A DNA stretch of 64,000 nucleotides from a virus (lineage: Duplodnaviria > Caudoviricetes). The DNA lies in IMG/VR virus record IMGVR_UViG_3300008262_000001. The stretch is one strand, 5' to 3'. Both the position numbers and the translations under genes were made by a program. Below, piece after piece: positions 9,599 through 19,172 of this stretch. Under the pieces are notes generated by a model. It worked only from the letters and a program-made list of their open reading frames with translations, did not search any database and was not told the DNA's origin. The stretch's first letter is position 1, and every line of letters begins with the position of its first letter.

Positions 9599-11434
9599 AT
9601 GCAAGACTATAAATTTTTCGCAAACATATTAGAACTAAGAAGGGAGCAGTTTGAAAGAAATACTGCTCATATGAATCTTTCAAAAGAGGAGAAGGATAGA
9701 AGGTGGAGAATTTTTGAACAACAACAAGCTGCAGAAATGGCAGCGGCTATGAACCATTTATCGGGTACACATGTGTTTGCACCGTTTGTTTCTAATTGGC
9801 TTACAACTGCAACTTCTGCCGGATCTTCAAATTCCAATCAGGTAAGACTTCCATTGGTATCAAATGGCACTTACAGATTTTTCGTAGACTGGGGAGATGG
9901 ATTTATTAACAGTATTTCATCTTGGAACCAAGCGGAAGTCACTCACACATATTCCACTACTGGAAATTATACCATTACAATCTATGGAATCTGTATTGGT
10001 TGGGCTTTTAATAACACGGGTGACAAATTAAAGATTCGAAATATCACAAGATGGGGTTGCTTGAGATTCGTAAATCCAGGAACAGATATCAATAGTGGGT
10101 TCTTCAATGGTTGCTCTCAGATGAATCTCTCCACTGTCCAAGATGCTCCTTCTTTTTATAATCTCAGTAGCATTCGTAACATGTTTAGAGGGTGTACAAA
10201 CGCATCATTTTCTATAAATAATATCAATTCCTGGGATTTAACTAATATTGCTGATGCGAGTGGTTTATTTTACAATTGCCCGTCTTTTAATCAGGATGTT
10301 GGAAGTTGGAATACAGCCAACATAACGAATATGTCAAACATGTTCAATGGTGGTGGTGTAACTTCTGTCTTTAACAATGGAGGAAGTCCTGCAATTGGGT
10401 CATGGAACACTTCAAAAGTTGCAGATTTTTCAGGAATGTTTGGGGAACAATCAAGTTTTAATCAAAATATCGGAAACTGGAACGTGGGTTCTGCTACTTC
10501 CATGAATAGTATGTTTATGTGCTCAGTAGTTGATGGGATTTTTAATAATGGAGCAAATCCATCTATTGGGGGTTGGAACACATCAAACGTCACAAATATG
10601 TCAAGGTTGTTTGCAGGACAACCTGCGTTTAATCAACCAATTGGATCTTGGAACACCTCGAAAGTGACCGATATGTCATATTTGTTTTATTCATATAATC
10701 TTCCTACAAATAGTAGACTGAAAAATTCTTTCAACCAACCTATCGCAAACTGGGACACTTCCAAGGTTACAAATATGGAATACATGTTTGCTTCCTGTAA
10801 TTTCAATCAACCAATTGGATCTTGGAATACATCATCATTAACCAATTTAACATATACTTTTGCTTATACTAATTTTTTCAATCAAAGCATAAATTCATGG
10901 GATACGTCAAAGGTAACGACTCTATTTGCAACTTTTATTTATGCAGATGCTTTCAATCTACCCTTGTCTGGATGGAACACATCAAATGTTACAACTATGG
11001 CGTCAACTTTCTACAAGGCACGTTTCAACCAGCCAATCGGAAATTGGGACACATCTAAAGTAACAACCTTTAGTAATTGTTTCAGAGATGCACTTGCATT
11101 TAATCAGGATATTTCAAATTGGAGTCTTGCGAGTTGTAACGGACTAGGAGGAATGTTTAGGAATGCTAAAGGGTTCGATAGGAGCTTAGCTGCATGGAAT
11201 CTTGCTCCGGTACTTACAAGAAATTTAGGAGCACTTGCACTGTTTATGGCTCAAAGACCTCCAGCCCAGTACTCAACTGCGAATTACAATGCTTTATTAA
11301 TATCTTTAGCTGCACAACCAGTCCCAAACAATTGTACACTAGACATGGGAACAATAAAATATACCAGTGCAGCTACTACTGCTAGAAATTCGCTACTTGC
11401 GAAGGGATGGACAATTTTAGATGGTGGAATTTAA
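9599..11434 (+). CDS. DUF285/BspA-like surface-repeat protein, paralog of 4957..7416
   Basis: FNQPIGSWNTSKVT repeats; near-identical ~50-aa N-terminus. Confidence 0.85.
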   Translation: MQDYKFFANILELRREQFERNTAHMNLSKEEKDRRWRIFEQQQAAEMAAAMNHLSGTHVFAPFVSNWLTTATSAGSSNSNQVRLPLVSNGTYRFFVDWGDGFINSISSWNQAEVTHTYSTTGNYTITIYGICIGWAFNNTGDKLKIRNITRWGCLRFVNPGTDINSGFFNGCSQMNLSTVQDAPSFYNLSSIRNMFRGCTNASFSINNINSWDLTNIADASGLFYNCPSFNQDVGSWNTANITNMSNMFNGGGVTSVFNNGGSPAIGSWNTSKVADFSGMFGEQSSFNQNIGNWNVGSATSMNSMFMCSVVDGIFNNGANPSIGGWNTSNVTNMSRLFAGQPAFNQPIGSWNTSKVTDMSYLFYSYNLPTNSRLKNSFNQPIANWDTSKVTNMEYMFASCNFNQPIGSWNTSSLTNLTYTFAYTNFFNQSINSWDTSKVTTLFATFIYADAFNLPLSGWNTSNVTTMASTFYKARFNQPIGNWDTSKVTTFSNCFRDALAFNQDISNWSLASCNGLGGMFRNAKGFDRSLAAWNLAPVLTRNLGALALFMAQRPPAQYSTANYNALLISLAAQPVPNNCTLDMGTIKYTSAATTARNSLLAKGWTILDGGI

Positions 11435-11484
11435 CACTGATTTTTTGATTCTTTTTCCTAGATATATACAATAAATTAGGAAAA

Positions 11485-11643
11485 ATGCACTTTAAAAATT
11501 CGTGGGGAAATAAACTGACCCAATGGGATAAAATTCAAATCAAATTTAGAATTTCCCTAGTAACCGTTTTCCATTTAGATGCTGATCTATCTAAGAAATT
11601 TTTCAAATTAACCATTCTAAATTTCAGCATATCAAATAAATAA
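11485..11643 (+). CDS. Small hypothetical protein (52 aa, MHFKNSWGNK...), not in the ORF track
   Basis: Manually translated; follows GATATATA at 11461 and ends 5 nt before the next gene. Confidence 0.5.
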   Translation: MHFKNSWGNKLTQWDKIQIKFRISLVTVFHLDADLSKKFFKLTILNFSISNK

Positions 11644-11648
11644 ATCAC

Positions 11649-12155
11649 ATGAAAAATTTAATTGAATTTAACCAGCATCTTGATTCTTTAAAAGAGAAAA
11701 AATGGATAGCAGGAGCAATCAAAAAAGAAGGAGCTTTAAGAAAGGAGCTTGGAGTAAAAGGTGAAGAAACCTTAACCAAAGGTGATGTTCAAGATGTTAT
11801 TTCAGACATTAAGAAAAAGGATAAAGATAAATCTAAGCCTGGCGTTCAAGGACTTTCAGCAAAAGATCTTAAAACTTACAGAAGAGCTAACCTTGCAAAA
11901 ACCCTTATGGGTTTAGGTGAATCTCATGATGAGAAAGAAAACTATATGTTCTTTGCTAATGTGTCAAATATTCATCGCATGTGTGAAGAAATACTAAGTA
12001 TGGATTCTGCTTTTGTTGATGAGGTTCTAAGCCAAGGACATGGATGGGCAGTTGATCACATTGCAACTTCTAAAGATGATGTTGAAGAGGTTTATCAGTT
12101 TTTGAACTCTGAAAAGAAGCCTCAAGAAATTATTACAGATAAAAATAGCTACTAA
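11649..12155 (+). CDS. Hypothetical protein with a basic KWIAGAIKKEGALRKELG domain; capsid-targeting-like leader
   Basis: Leader MKNLIEFNQHL; basic N-terminal half, acidic C-terminal half. Confidence 0.75.
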   Translation: MKNLIEFNQHLDSLKEKKWIAGAIKKEGALRKELGVKGEETLTKGDVQDVISDIKKKDKDKSKPGVQGLSAKDLKTYRRANLAKTLMGLGESHDEKENYMFFANVSNIHRMCEEILSMDSAFVDEVLSQGHGWAVDHIATSKDDVEEVYQFLNSEKKPQEIITDKNSY

Positions 12156-12157
12156 AA

Positions 12158-14329
12158 ATGAGACACCTTGCTCTTTTCGACAGTTTTGGCTCGCACCAAG
12201 AGGTTTTCAATTTTGATTCAGATGATTCAATCGGATCAAAAATCAACCAAATGCTTTTCCTTAAACAAAATGGATGCGTTGTTGGAATGGACGTGAATGA
12301 ATTCAAAAAAACATTTCGCAGCAATTCACTATTAGAAAGTAAAGGATATGATGAGTCTGAAGCTTTATTAGAAAAGGCACACAGTGTTTATGAACTTGGT
12401 ATGCTTCAAGAATCAAAATCTCATTGGTTTACTAATGAAGCACCAATTTACGAGTATTCAAAAGGAGTAATTTCATATTTGGAGTTTGAAGGCAATATTC
12501 TTCTTTTTAAAGATGGGGAAGCTTTCATGATAAGTGAAAGATCTCTAGGTCTTTGGAAAAATCATGAATCAATCAGTGAAAATCTTTTTGAAGAGATATT
12601 TGGCAACAGCTTAAATGAATTTTGGAGCTGGACAGATAATCCAGTAGTTAATGGTTTACAAAGTGCTGTTGAATGGACAAACACCAATATAGTAGAACCA
12701 ACTAATCAGCTTGTTCAAGATTATGTAATAGATCCACTTAAATCTGCTTGGGACGCTTTAAGTACAGGTGCTCAAAAAATCTATGATTTTTCAAAAAAAG
12801 TACTTAATGCAATCACCACTTTCATTTCAGAGAACTGGCAAGATATAGCATTTTACATAACTGTAGTTTTACAAGTTATAGCAGGAATAGTTGCTTTCAT
12901 CCCAGCAGCAGGACAAATAATAGGACCAATTTTACTTATTGTTGCGGGTGCTTTACAAATAGGGCTAGGATTCTATGATGTTTATGAAGGTGTTGAGATT
13001 GCAAAAGAATGCCCAGTAAATCCCATGGAAGAAGCTGCACCTGAGTTTGCAAAAGGAATTTTAAAACTACTTGGCGGATCAGTTAGTGTCCTTTTAGGAG
13101 TACATGATATTGCTACTAGTGCTAAAGCAGCAATCCCGGGAGCAGCATTAACAAGTACTGCAGTGGCAGTTCCAGCTAAATCTTGGGTAAGTAATGCAGC
13201 TGGTAAATTAGCAACTGCAGGAGCAGCAGTAGGTGTGTTTGAAACTGTCTTAAAATATATTATCGAAGCAGCAGGAAGCGCAGGAACAAAAGCTCTAGCT
13301 AAACAAGCAGCAGGTTATTCCGCTAAAAAAACAGCAATAATAGCTGGTGAAGCCTTAACAAAGGCAGGTGCTGAAGTCATCGGAAAAAAACTAGGGGACA
13401 AATCAATGGAAGCGGTTGTTCCTATTCTTTGTATGGCAGGTCAAAATGCTTTGGGATGGTTATGGGACACCATTCTATCTGCAGTAGCAACAATGGGTGA
13501 ACTCTTAAATGGTCTTTTAGAACTTCCAACTAAAGTTACTAACGGGATCAAAAGTTTTAATGATCAATATAGTGGAACCACATTTGGTTATGTAGTTGGC
13601 GGTGCATTAAGTTCATTCATCGACCCAGTAGCAAAAGTTCTTTCTTGGTTTTCTGAAAACAAAGTTAAGCCAGTAGTTCAACCCATTACTAACTGGATGG
13701 TTTCTTTGAAGAAGGATAACAAGGCAATTACAACCACTATCGAGAGTAAACCAGATTTGAAAGCAGCTCTCAAGGGTGAATCTATTCCTCAACCACAAGG
13801 AACTATTCCTTCAGAAGAATACCAAATTAGCGATTCAGATAAAGAGAACTTAGCAAAAATTCAGACTGCAGAAAGTGGACAAAGCCTCGATAATGCTATC
13901 ATGAAAAAATGGGGTCCATTTGAATCGATCAGAAAGATTGTAAAGGAGCACTTTGAAAAAATAAAGAAGGAACAAGAGAGGCTATTTAGTGAGAAATTTC
14001 CAGCTCTATTAAAAAAGCTCCCTAATGGAAAATGGGATAGACTTAAAGACGGGAGTTTATGCTACAAAGCAAAAGACTACTACAAAGTTGAAGGGGATAT
14101 CACTTTTTACAACAACGGAAGGTACAAGATTTACAGTGGTCCAAATGCTGAAGTTATGGGAGATTATACTGCTGACACCAGAATTAGATTATCTCGACCA
14201 AAGGGAGGATTTAAATTAACTAAAAAGAAAGAAGAGGAAAAAAAGGTTAAAAAAGAAAAGAGTAGTAAGAAGGAAAAGAAAAACGAATCCTTAAATTACA
14301 TCCTATCAAGGGAAGATTTCTTTAATTAA
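12158..14329 (+). CDS. Large protein with Ala/Gly-rich hydrophobic helices; candidate internal/ejection protein
   Basis: 723 aa; hydrophobic segments (IAFYITVVLQVIAGIVAFIPAAG...); leader MRHLALFDSF. Confidence 0.8.
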   Translation: MRHLALFDSFGSHQEVFNFDSDDSIGSKINQMLFLKQNGCVVGMDVNEFKKTFRSNSLLESKGYDESEALLEKAHSVYELGMLQESKSHWFTNEAPIYEYSKGVISYLEFEGNILLFKDGEAFMISERSLGLWKNHESISENLFEEIFGNSLNEFWSWTDNPVVNGLQSAVEWTNTNIVEPTNQLVQDYVIDPLKSAWDALSTGAQKIYDFSKKVLNAITTFISENWQDIAFYITVVLQVIAGIVAFIPAAGQIIGPILLIVAGALQIGLGFYDVYEGVEIAKECPVNPMEEAAPEFAKGILKLLGGSVSVLLGVHDIATSAKAAIPGAALTSTAVAVPAKSWVSNAAGKLATAGAAVGVFETVLKYIIEAAGSAGTKALAKQAAGYSAKKTAIIAGEALTKAGAEVIGKKLGDKSMEAVVPILCMAGQNALGWLWDTILSAVATMGELLNGLLELPTKVTNGIKSFNDQYSGTTFGYVVGGALSSFIDPVAKVLSWFSENKVKPVVQPITNWMVSLKKDNKAITTTIESKPDLKAALKGESIPQPQGTIPSEEYQISDSDKENLAKIQTAESGQSLDNAIMKKWGPFESIRKIVKEHFEKIKKEQERLFSEKFPALLKKLPNGKWDRLKDGSLCYKAKDYYKVEGDITFYNNGRYKIYSGPNAEVMGDYTADTRIRLSRPKGGFKLTKKKEEEKKVKKEKSSKKEKKNESLNYILSREDFFN

Positions 14330-14338
14330 ATAACTCAT

Positions 14339-14364
14339 AAAAAACCCCTTTAAAGGGGTTTTTT
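14339..14364. terminator. Bidirectional intrinsic terminator
   Basis: Perfect 26-nt palindrome AAAAAACCCCTTTAAAGGGGTTTTTT between convergent genes. Confidence 0.85.
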
Positions 14365-14365
14365 A

Positions 14366-15379
14366 TTATCCAAAATATTTTGTCCAGATCTTTTCTGATC
14401 TGAGTGAATACCACCAAAGCCCTATTTTATTTAAGAATTTAAGTCCAGAGAAGGCAAAAGCTAATTTCATTCTGGAGAAAATGCTATCAACCTTTGATGG
14501 GTTAGCAAAGAAAAGAGGATTCACCCAAGAGATTTCCTTAGACACAACCACAGGCACATTGTTATTTACAAAGTCAGCAGTCACAATATTGAAAGTTTCA
14601 GTAAAAGAAACCTGCATTCCCAGGTCCATGGATTGAACTAAATCTATAAATTCGTCATGATTGAGCCATCCATATTCAACGAGTTCATGTTTAGGGTTAT
14701 TTTCGAAAAGCTCTCTTAGATTTTTAAGGACAGGCTCACCTTTTCCTTCAACTCTTTTTACGTTAATATGGAATCTTAATTTTTTATTACAACTGTCAGC
14801 ATAATCAATCGCTGCAACAGCTTGTATTAATTGATTTTTGAGGGGTCTTATTGCTCCAAAACATCCAACATTAATTGTTTTCTTGCAAGATTCTTTTGGT
14901 TTGTTTTTATTGAAGAATCCAACAGGATAATAATTAGGAAGATAAGCAAACTTTTTATTTGTTAGCATTTCAAAGTTTTGATTCGTCTCGAAATCATTCG
15001 ACGAAACAGTAATTTGAGGAAACTTCAAATATTCGTAAATCCACTCCATTGCAATTCCCTCATTGGCTAAAAATGAGATATCACTATGAAGTCTGATTAT
15101 CCACTTAATATCTGGATGTAACTTAGTTAAAATTTCAAATTTCGAAGGAACAATCCATAAAGCTTCTATCACCACATGAGTTGGCTTATACTTAGTCACT
15201 TCTCGATCGATGCAGTTATTATCTCTTACCTCTACCAAATGAGATTCTATCCCATTCTTATTTAGCATGTCAGAAACAAATTTTGCTGAGTTCAATAATC
15301 CGGAGGAAATCGAACTGTAATTTGCATGCGATGTTTGTTTTTTTCTAAGGATAAACAGAACCTTCTTCTCTTTTTTCAT
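14366..15379 (-). CDS. GT-B fold glycosyltransferase (GT4-like)
   Basis: IRLHS, GCFGAIRPLKNQ, SFTETFNIVTAD (E-x7-D). Confidence 0.8.
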   Translation of the reverse strand: MKKEKKVLFILRKKQTSHANYSSISSGLLNSAKFVSDMLNKNGIESHLVEVRDNNCIDREVTKYKPTHVVIEALWIVPSKFEILTKLHPDIKWIIRLHSDISFLANEGIAMEWIYEYLKFPQITVSSNDFETNQNFEMLTNKKFAYLPNYYPVGFFNKNKPKESCKKTINVGCFGAIRPLKNQLIQAVAAIDYADSCNKKLRFHINVKRVEGKGEPVLKNLRELFENNPKHELVEYGWLNHDEFIDLVQSMDLGMQVSFTETFNIVTADFVNNNVPVVVSKEISWVNPLFFANPSKVDSIFSRMKLAFAFSGLKFLNKIGLWWYSLRSEKIWTKYFG

Positions 15380-15582
15380 TTTATTAAGTTATGTGATCTG
15401 GCAAATACTGAAGTTTACCCTTAGCCGTGAGTTATCTCCAAGTCTATTATACCAAAAATCTTGATGTCTAAGGAAATTAAGAACAGTTCAATTCCAAAAT
15501 AAAATCGCTTAATTTTTGTAAGTCCTGTTCAAAGTATATATTAAATGGGAAGATATATATGTGGTCAAACAAACGAAAAATA

Positions 15583-16455
15583 ATGAAAAATAAACACATC
15601 AAAATGTTTGAAGCTTTCTCTTCAGACTTAGAAATCGAAAATCTATTACTAGATAAAATCTATGAAGATTGGAAAGTTGATTACACAACTGACTTTTTAT
15701 TTACAGAAAGCGAGGGAAGTGAAACTGAACTTGATATATTTGATGACACAGAAAATCTAACAAGAGGAGAAAAGGCAGCTGCTGCAAGAGAATTCCAAAT
15801 CATGAGTAAGCCTCAACTTGCAGTTTTATATTTAGCAGCTCTTGGTCAAAATGAAGAAAATGATAAAGGAAAATATCTTGTAGGAATTCCGGGAATGGAA
15901 GGATTCGGCTACACTGACCCAACAACAAGATTCTTCGAAATTAGTGTACCAGCAATAGCAGATTCAATTGGACTTGAATCTTCAAGAACTGCTGCTAGAA
16001 CAATAAAGAAATTTGTTCTTCTGATTAACGGGGTAAGAGAGGCTACTATGGAAGAGTCAATCTATCCTAAGCTTGTAAAAGCTTTTGATGATTTTTCAAC
16101 AGTTAGCATCAAAGAGCTTCAAGCAAGAGTAGGTGGCATTATCCAAAATGCAGATGAGTTTACTCTAAATAGGGACAAGGCAGAAACAGAAAGACAAATT
16201 GCTGCTCAAAGAAGAGAGCAAAAGAAAAATATGGAAATGCAAATTGGGGATAAGGTCTATTCCCTATTTAAAACATTAAGATCTTTCAAAAGAGAGGATG
16301 GAAGTCAACCTTTTGCAAATCCAAAAAAAGCTTTCGATAGAGCAATAGGTAAAATAGCATCCGAAACCGGAATGGCAATCGAAGATGTTACCACTTCGTA
16401 TAGAAACTATCTCAAAAATCGTAAGATTTTAGATATGATCAATTATCCTGCATAA
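15583..16455 (+). CDS. Hypothetical protein with a capsid-targeting-like leader
   Basis: Probable start MKNKHIKMFEAF; GATATATA at 15552. Confidence 0.75.
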   Translation: MKNKHIKMFEAFSSDLEIENLLLDKIYEDWKVDYTTDFLFTESEGSETELDIFDDTENLTRGEKAAAAREFQIMSKPQLAVLYLAALGQNEENDKGKYLVGIPGMEGFGYTDPTTRFFEISVPAIADSIGLESSRTAARTIKKFVLLINGVREATMEESIYPKLVKAFDDFSTVSIKELQARVGGIIQNADEFTLNRDKAETERQIAAQRREQKKNMEMQIGDKVYSLFKTLRSFKREDGSQPFANPKKAFDRAIGKIASETGMAIEDVTTSYRNYLKNRKILDMINYPA

Positions 16456-16904
16456 AAGGATAAACCGAAAAGCAAAGCGTTTACCACAACTAAAAAGATA
16501 GCAAATCCGAAATGGGTTTTGATCTTATAGCTGAAATTGTATTTTTTTCGGCTTAATGAATGGCATTCCTTGAATATGAACTCCCTATCACTTTCAGTAA
16601 CATAGAGGGGATCATCTGGAAAGTTCGGATCAGCACCATTTTCTACAAAGTCACTTTGCATAACTGCTTCATCTACTTCACAGTCCTCAGTTAATTCATA
16701 TCGTAGACGAGCAATGCAATAGTGTTCGAAACACAAAGCTGTTAAAATTAAATGGATAACAAGAGATCCAATAAAATAAAAAGAAACGAAGGCAACCAAA
16801 ATAGTAAGAACTATTGGAGAAATCTTAAGATAAGGAATTGACTTGAACAAATAACCTGTTTCTTTGGTAGTGTCCAAATACTTGTCATAAGAAGATGCAC
16901 TCAT
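16443..16904 (-). CDS. Hypothetical membrane protein
   Basis: Three hydrophobic segments; TACATTTG promoter box at 16936-16943. Confidence 0.7.
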   Translation of the reverse strand: MSASSYDKYLDTTKETGYLFKSIPYLKISPIVLTILVAFVSFYFIGSLVIHLILTALCFEHYCIARLRYELTEDCEVDEAVMQSDFVENGADPNFPDDPLYVTESDREFIFKECHSLSRKKYNFSYKIKTHFGFAIFLVVVNALLFGLSFYAG

Positions 16905-16935
16905 GTTGTTGTTTGTGTTATTGTTATTGTGAGTG

Positions 16936-16943
16936 CAAATGTA
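16936..16943 (-). promoter_or_regulatory. Bacteroidota-type sigma -7 element TACATTTG
   Basis: Matches TAnnTTTG ~30 nt upstream of ATG 16904; similar boxes at 23370, 23918 and 28129. Confidence 0.6.
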
Positions 16944-16974
16944 GATTATTCCATCTTAATAAAAAAATGAAACA

Positions 16975-17003
16975 GAAAAAAAGCCCCTTAAAGGGGCTTC
17001 TTT
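16975..17003. terminator. Intrinsic terminator
   Basis: AAGCCCCTTAAAGGGGCTT hairpin with an A-tract, downstream of 17021..17260. Confidence 0.8.
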
Positions 17004-17020
17004 AACAAATAAAACATGGA

Positions 17021-17260
17021 TTAAGCTGGCATCCAGCGGAAACCACCAGCAGTTTGTCCAATGCCTCTAACCACTCTTGAGATGGTTCCTGAGTTAACCC
17101 CAGTAGCTATAGCTGCCTCATTGATAGATGCGTACTTTTTAATGCGTCGTCCACGATCTGTCATTTGCACAACTGGTTGAACAAAAGCTGTTGTTTGTGG
17201 TTTTCTACCACCTTTTGCCTTCATTGAGGGCTTAATTGATTTGTTTGTTTGCTTACTCAT
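17021..17260 (-). CDS. NUMOD1-type helix-turn-helix DNA-binding protein
   Basis: VVQMT..G..IKKYASINEAA...G...ISRV.RG...TAGGFRW. Confidence 0.8.
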   Translation of the reverse strand: MSKQTNKSIKPSMKAKGGRKPQTTAFVQPVVQMTDRGRRIKKYASINEAAIATGVNSGTISRVVRGIGQTAGGFRWMPA

Positions 17261-17349
17261 TTTTTTATTTTTTTAAGTATACATATTATACTATGAAAAG
17301 TCTTAAAAGTTTCATTTTAATATGGTTTATGTACGATATATAGAGGGAT

Positions 17350-18156
17350 ATGAGAAAGAAAAGAAGGGTTCAAACTTTCAAAAATTGGTTGTTAGCCAGA
17401 GATGCTGCAAGTAGAATTTCTACTAAGTCAAACTACACTTCATTTTTAGAAAGTTCTACAAATAGTGAAATTGACTACAAAGAGGCTATGAAAGTTTTTG
17501 ATCTTATCACAACTACCTCTGAATTTTATAAATTTCAAAACAACTTTGCAGACCTAGGAATTTGGAAAATCACTACTCCAGGTGAGATTAAAAGAATGCA
17601 GTTGTCTTTGAATAAAAAATACTTTAATTCCAATTTTTACAGATTCTTGAAATTGTTAGGGATAAAGGACTACACGTTTCCAGAACAAATCGATATTGAA
17701 ATAGATTCAAACTTAAGTCAAGTTATCCAAAATAAAGGAGTAAAAACTATAGAACCCACCTTAACTTTCTTGAAATTTGTAATCAAGCCAACATTTGATC
17801 TCAAGGAAATAAAACAAATTTCACAATTGATCATCTCATCTATAGTTGACTCATTTGATTTAAAATCTCCTTACAAAAAAGACATGCTTAAAAATTGGGT
17901 TGAAAAATCTGTTTTACAAGGTTCTAAATATGACAATCCTTTAAGAGATTTTGAAAGCGCTTTTGTTGATTGGATGAAAACTGCGCCTAAAGACGAAAGG
18001 GCAAATGCTTACTATGAGATTCTGACTAATGGTGATGAGTGGGATAAAGCAAACATTTCACAAATTAATTCATTGATGAAAGAATCTGGAATTGAAATTC
18101 CTAACAAAGAGGATATAGACTTAGGTTCTAATGTTTTAAAAAGGTTTACTTCTTAG
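17350..18156 (+). CDS. Hypothetical protein of the C-terminal-motif family
   Basis: Leader VQTFKNWLL; C-terminus DIDLGSNVLKRFTS; GATATATA at 17335. Confidence 0.75.
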   Translation: MRKKRRVQTFKNWLLARDAASRISTKSNYTSFLESSTNSEIDYKEAMKVFDLITTTSEFYKFQNNFADLGIWKITTPGEIKRMQLSLNKKYFNSNFYRFLKLLGIKDYTFPEQIDIEIDSNLSQVIQNKGVKTIEPTLTFLKFVIKPTFDLKEIKQISQLIISSIVDSFDLKSPYKKDMLKNWVEKSVLQGSKYDNPLRDFESAFVDWMKTAPKDERANAYYEILTNGDEWDKANISQINSLMKESGIEIPNKEDIDLGSNVLKRFTS

Positions 18157-19135
18157 TTTGTCTTTTTTTGTAGGAAACCTTTGTCTGACCGATTCTATCA
18201 AGAATAAAAACACCCAGATCTTTTTGATCATAGATCTGATAAGGGTTAAGCTTATCTTTTTTCTGATAGATAACTATCGATTCAATACCACTGAGGATAA
18301 AATACTGTTCTAATGCAATAGGTGTCTTGTCTTCTGTCCCAAGTAAAGATCCAACATAATCCAGAAGTTCTTTTTTCTGTATTCTTCTAGTTCTAGTTGG
18401 ATCTATGATTTCTGCTAATTCTAAACTTAACATACCTCTTCCCAACCAATTCCTAAGCGAATTTCGAACTATTGAATAATTAACCAGTTGTCTGGAGGTC
18501 TCAGGACTTATCTTGAAAATCATTTGATCCTCAGTCTTTAATTCAAGTTTCCAAATCTTGCTGTTTAATTCAATGTATCCCCTAGGACAAAGAAAAGATT
18601 CGCAAAAATGCTTCAATCCCTTTCTAAGATCGTTGTTATTTATGTCTGTTAGGCTATTTAAAAATCCACCCTGAACTAGGGCTTGAATAATAGTTCCAAG
18701 GTCGGTGAAAAAAGATGTTGCTTCAGTGAGCCTGAAATTTTCAGCATATGATTTCACCTCAATCTTCCTTTGACTCTGCTTAAATAAGATGTCAGGGTAT
18801 TTTTTTCTACCTGAGTATGAATTTTCAGCTATGAGAAGGCAGAGAATTTCACCCGGTCCTACGTATGAATGGCTCCAATCTGACACAAAAATAAGTGTTT
18901 TGTATCCTGATGTTTTTCTGGATATGACTTGATTGACATTTCTAATGGATTGAACAAACTCAAAGTGTCTATTCTTCTTAATAAAATCCCAAAAATCAAC
19001 GAATGATTTTTTATTTTCCTCAATGTGTGAGTGAAGAGAGGACAAAAATTTCTTACTTAAAACGGGACTAATAGATTTAGAAATAAAATAGTCCTCAAAC
19101 TCCTTAACGGATTGGTTTAAAACTTCTTGAACCAT
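18146..19135 (-). CDS. Putative PD-(D/E)XK nuclease-fold protein
   Basis: GPGE...YPDILF...IEVKSY. Confidence 0.5.
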   Translation of the reverse strand: MVQEVLNQSVKEFEDYFISKSISPVLSKKFLSSLHSHIEENKKSFVDFWDFIKKNRHFEFVQSIRNVNQVISRKTSGYKTLIFVSDWSHSYVGPGEILCLLIAENSYSGRKKYPDILFKQSQRKIEVKSYAENFRLTEATSFFTDLGTIIQALVQGGFLNSLTDINNNDLRKGLKHFCESFLCPRGYIELNSKIWKLELKTEDQMIFKISPETSRQLVNYSIVRNSLRNWLGRGMLSLELAEIIDPTRTRRIQKKELLDYVGSLLGTEDKTPIALEQYFILSGIESIVIYQKKDKLNPYQIYDQKDLGVFILDRIGQTKVSYKKRQTKK

Positions 19136-19172
19136 TCAAAGTCTTATACTGAGAAAGTTCCAATAAGTTACA

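Noticed and set aside
4957-11434. Periodic repeats as a possible CRISPR array or DGR
   Set aside because: The repeats are degenerate in-frame DUF285 protein repeats with no identical DNA repeat-spacer structure and no adenine-specific TR/VR pair
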